Below are positions 63,730 through 64,000 of a DNA stretch of 64,000 bases, piece after piece. The DNA comes from Planctomycetota bacterium (GTDB lineage Bacteria; Planctomycetota; UBA1135; UBA2386): contig JBKAGP010000001.1 of NCBI GenBank assembly GCA_046290465.1, positions 6,304,001-6,368,000 of the forward strand, in the 5' to 3' direction. The number at the start of each line of letters is the position of its first letter. Within the stretch, counting starts at the first letter, position 1. A program made the translations under genes and the position numbers. Under the pieces are notes generated by a model. It saw only the letters and a list, made by a program, of their open reading frames with translations, had not been told where the DNA came from and did no database searches.

Positions 63730-64000
63730 GTGTCGTCTGCAGCGCGTGTCGCCGCAATCCAGCTGATCGCCAGCAAGTCCCCGCTGCCCCTCGAGGCCGG
63801 CTCGGCCAACGTCCCGGAGCTCTTCGGGGTCAACGTGTTCGGCCTCGAGCAGATCCGACAGCGACTCCCCAAGGCAGCCTACCGCGCCCTGAAGATGTGC
63901 ATGCACCGCGGCCAGCAGCTCGACAGCGAGCTCGCCGACATGGTCGCTGCGCAGATGAAGCAGTGGGCGATCGAGCGCGGCGCGACGCACTTCACGCACT
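63730..64000 (+). CDS. Glutamine synthetase type III, N-terminal fragment (runs off the window)
   Basis: AGGAGG RBS then GTG; hand translation gives ELFGVNVF....RQRLPK..Y..L...LD.ELAD.VA..MKQWAIERGATHFTH. Absent from the ORF track. Confidence 0.9.
   Translation, partial: MSSAARVAAIQLIASKSPLPLEAGSANVPELFGVNVFGLEQIRQRLPKAAYRALKMCMHRGQQLDSELADMVAAQMKQWAIERGATHFTH

Overview
High-GC (roughly 70%, by eye) chromosomal window, most likely from a Planctomycetota bacterium: it has a planctomycete-type cytochrome c / DUF1549-DUF1553 / DUF1501 cluster and LPS Kdo transferase. No mobile element or CRISPR array is supported. Housekeeping genes are xerD, dksA-like, lspA, pyrD, secA, waaA, ychJ, a glyoxylate/hydroxypyruvate reductase with glycerate kinase, class I fumarase, ispH, sdhCAB, mgtE, tRNA-Pro(CGG), ridA-like and the 5' end of a type III glutamine synthetase. 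The best leads are: (1) a small signal-peptide uORF ending in LPPPRAPT directly upstream of secA, a candidate SecM-like arrest peptide; (2) a translationally coupled three-gene operon of an Ig-repeat zincin lipoprotein, a secreted TIMP/NTR-like plus helical protein, and a cytoplasmic protein with degenerate RNAP alphaCTD-like and sigma4-like domains plus five tandem winged helices; (3) a shared C-terminal domain on three unrelated secreted proteins, alongside a near-universal Gln after predicted signal-peptide cleavage sites; (4) a sigma54 two-component system split around a ~2370-aa repeat surface protein; (5) a peroxidase-cupredoxin-chemoreceptor operon; (6) an AsmA/DUF748-like protein coupled to a lipoprotein. 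All family assignments come from motif recognition by eye. No database searches were run.
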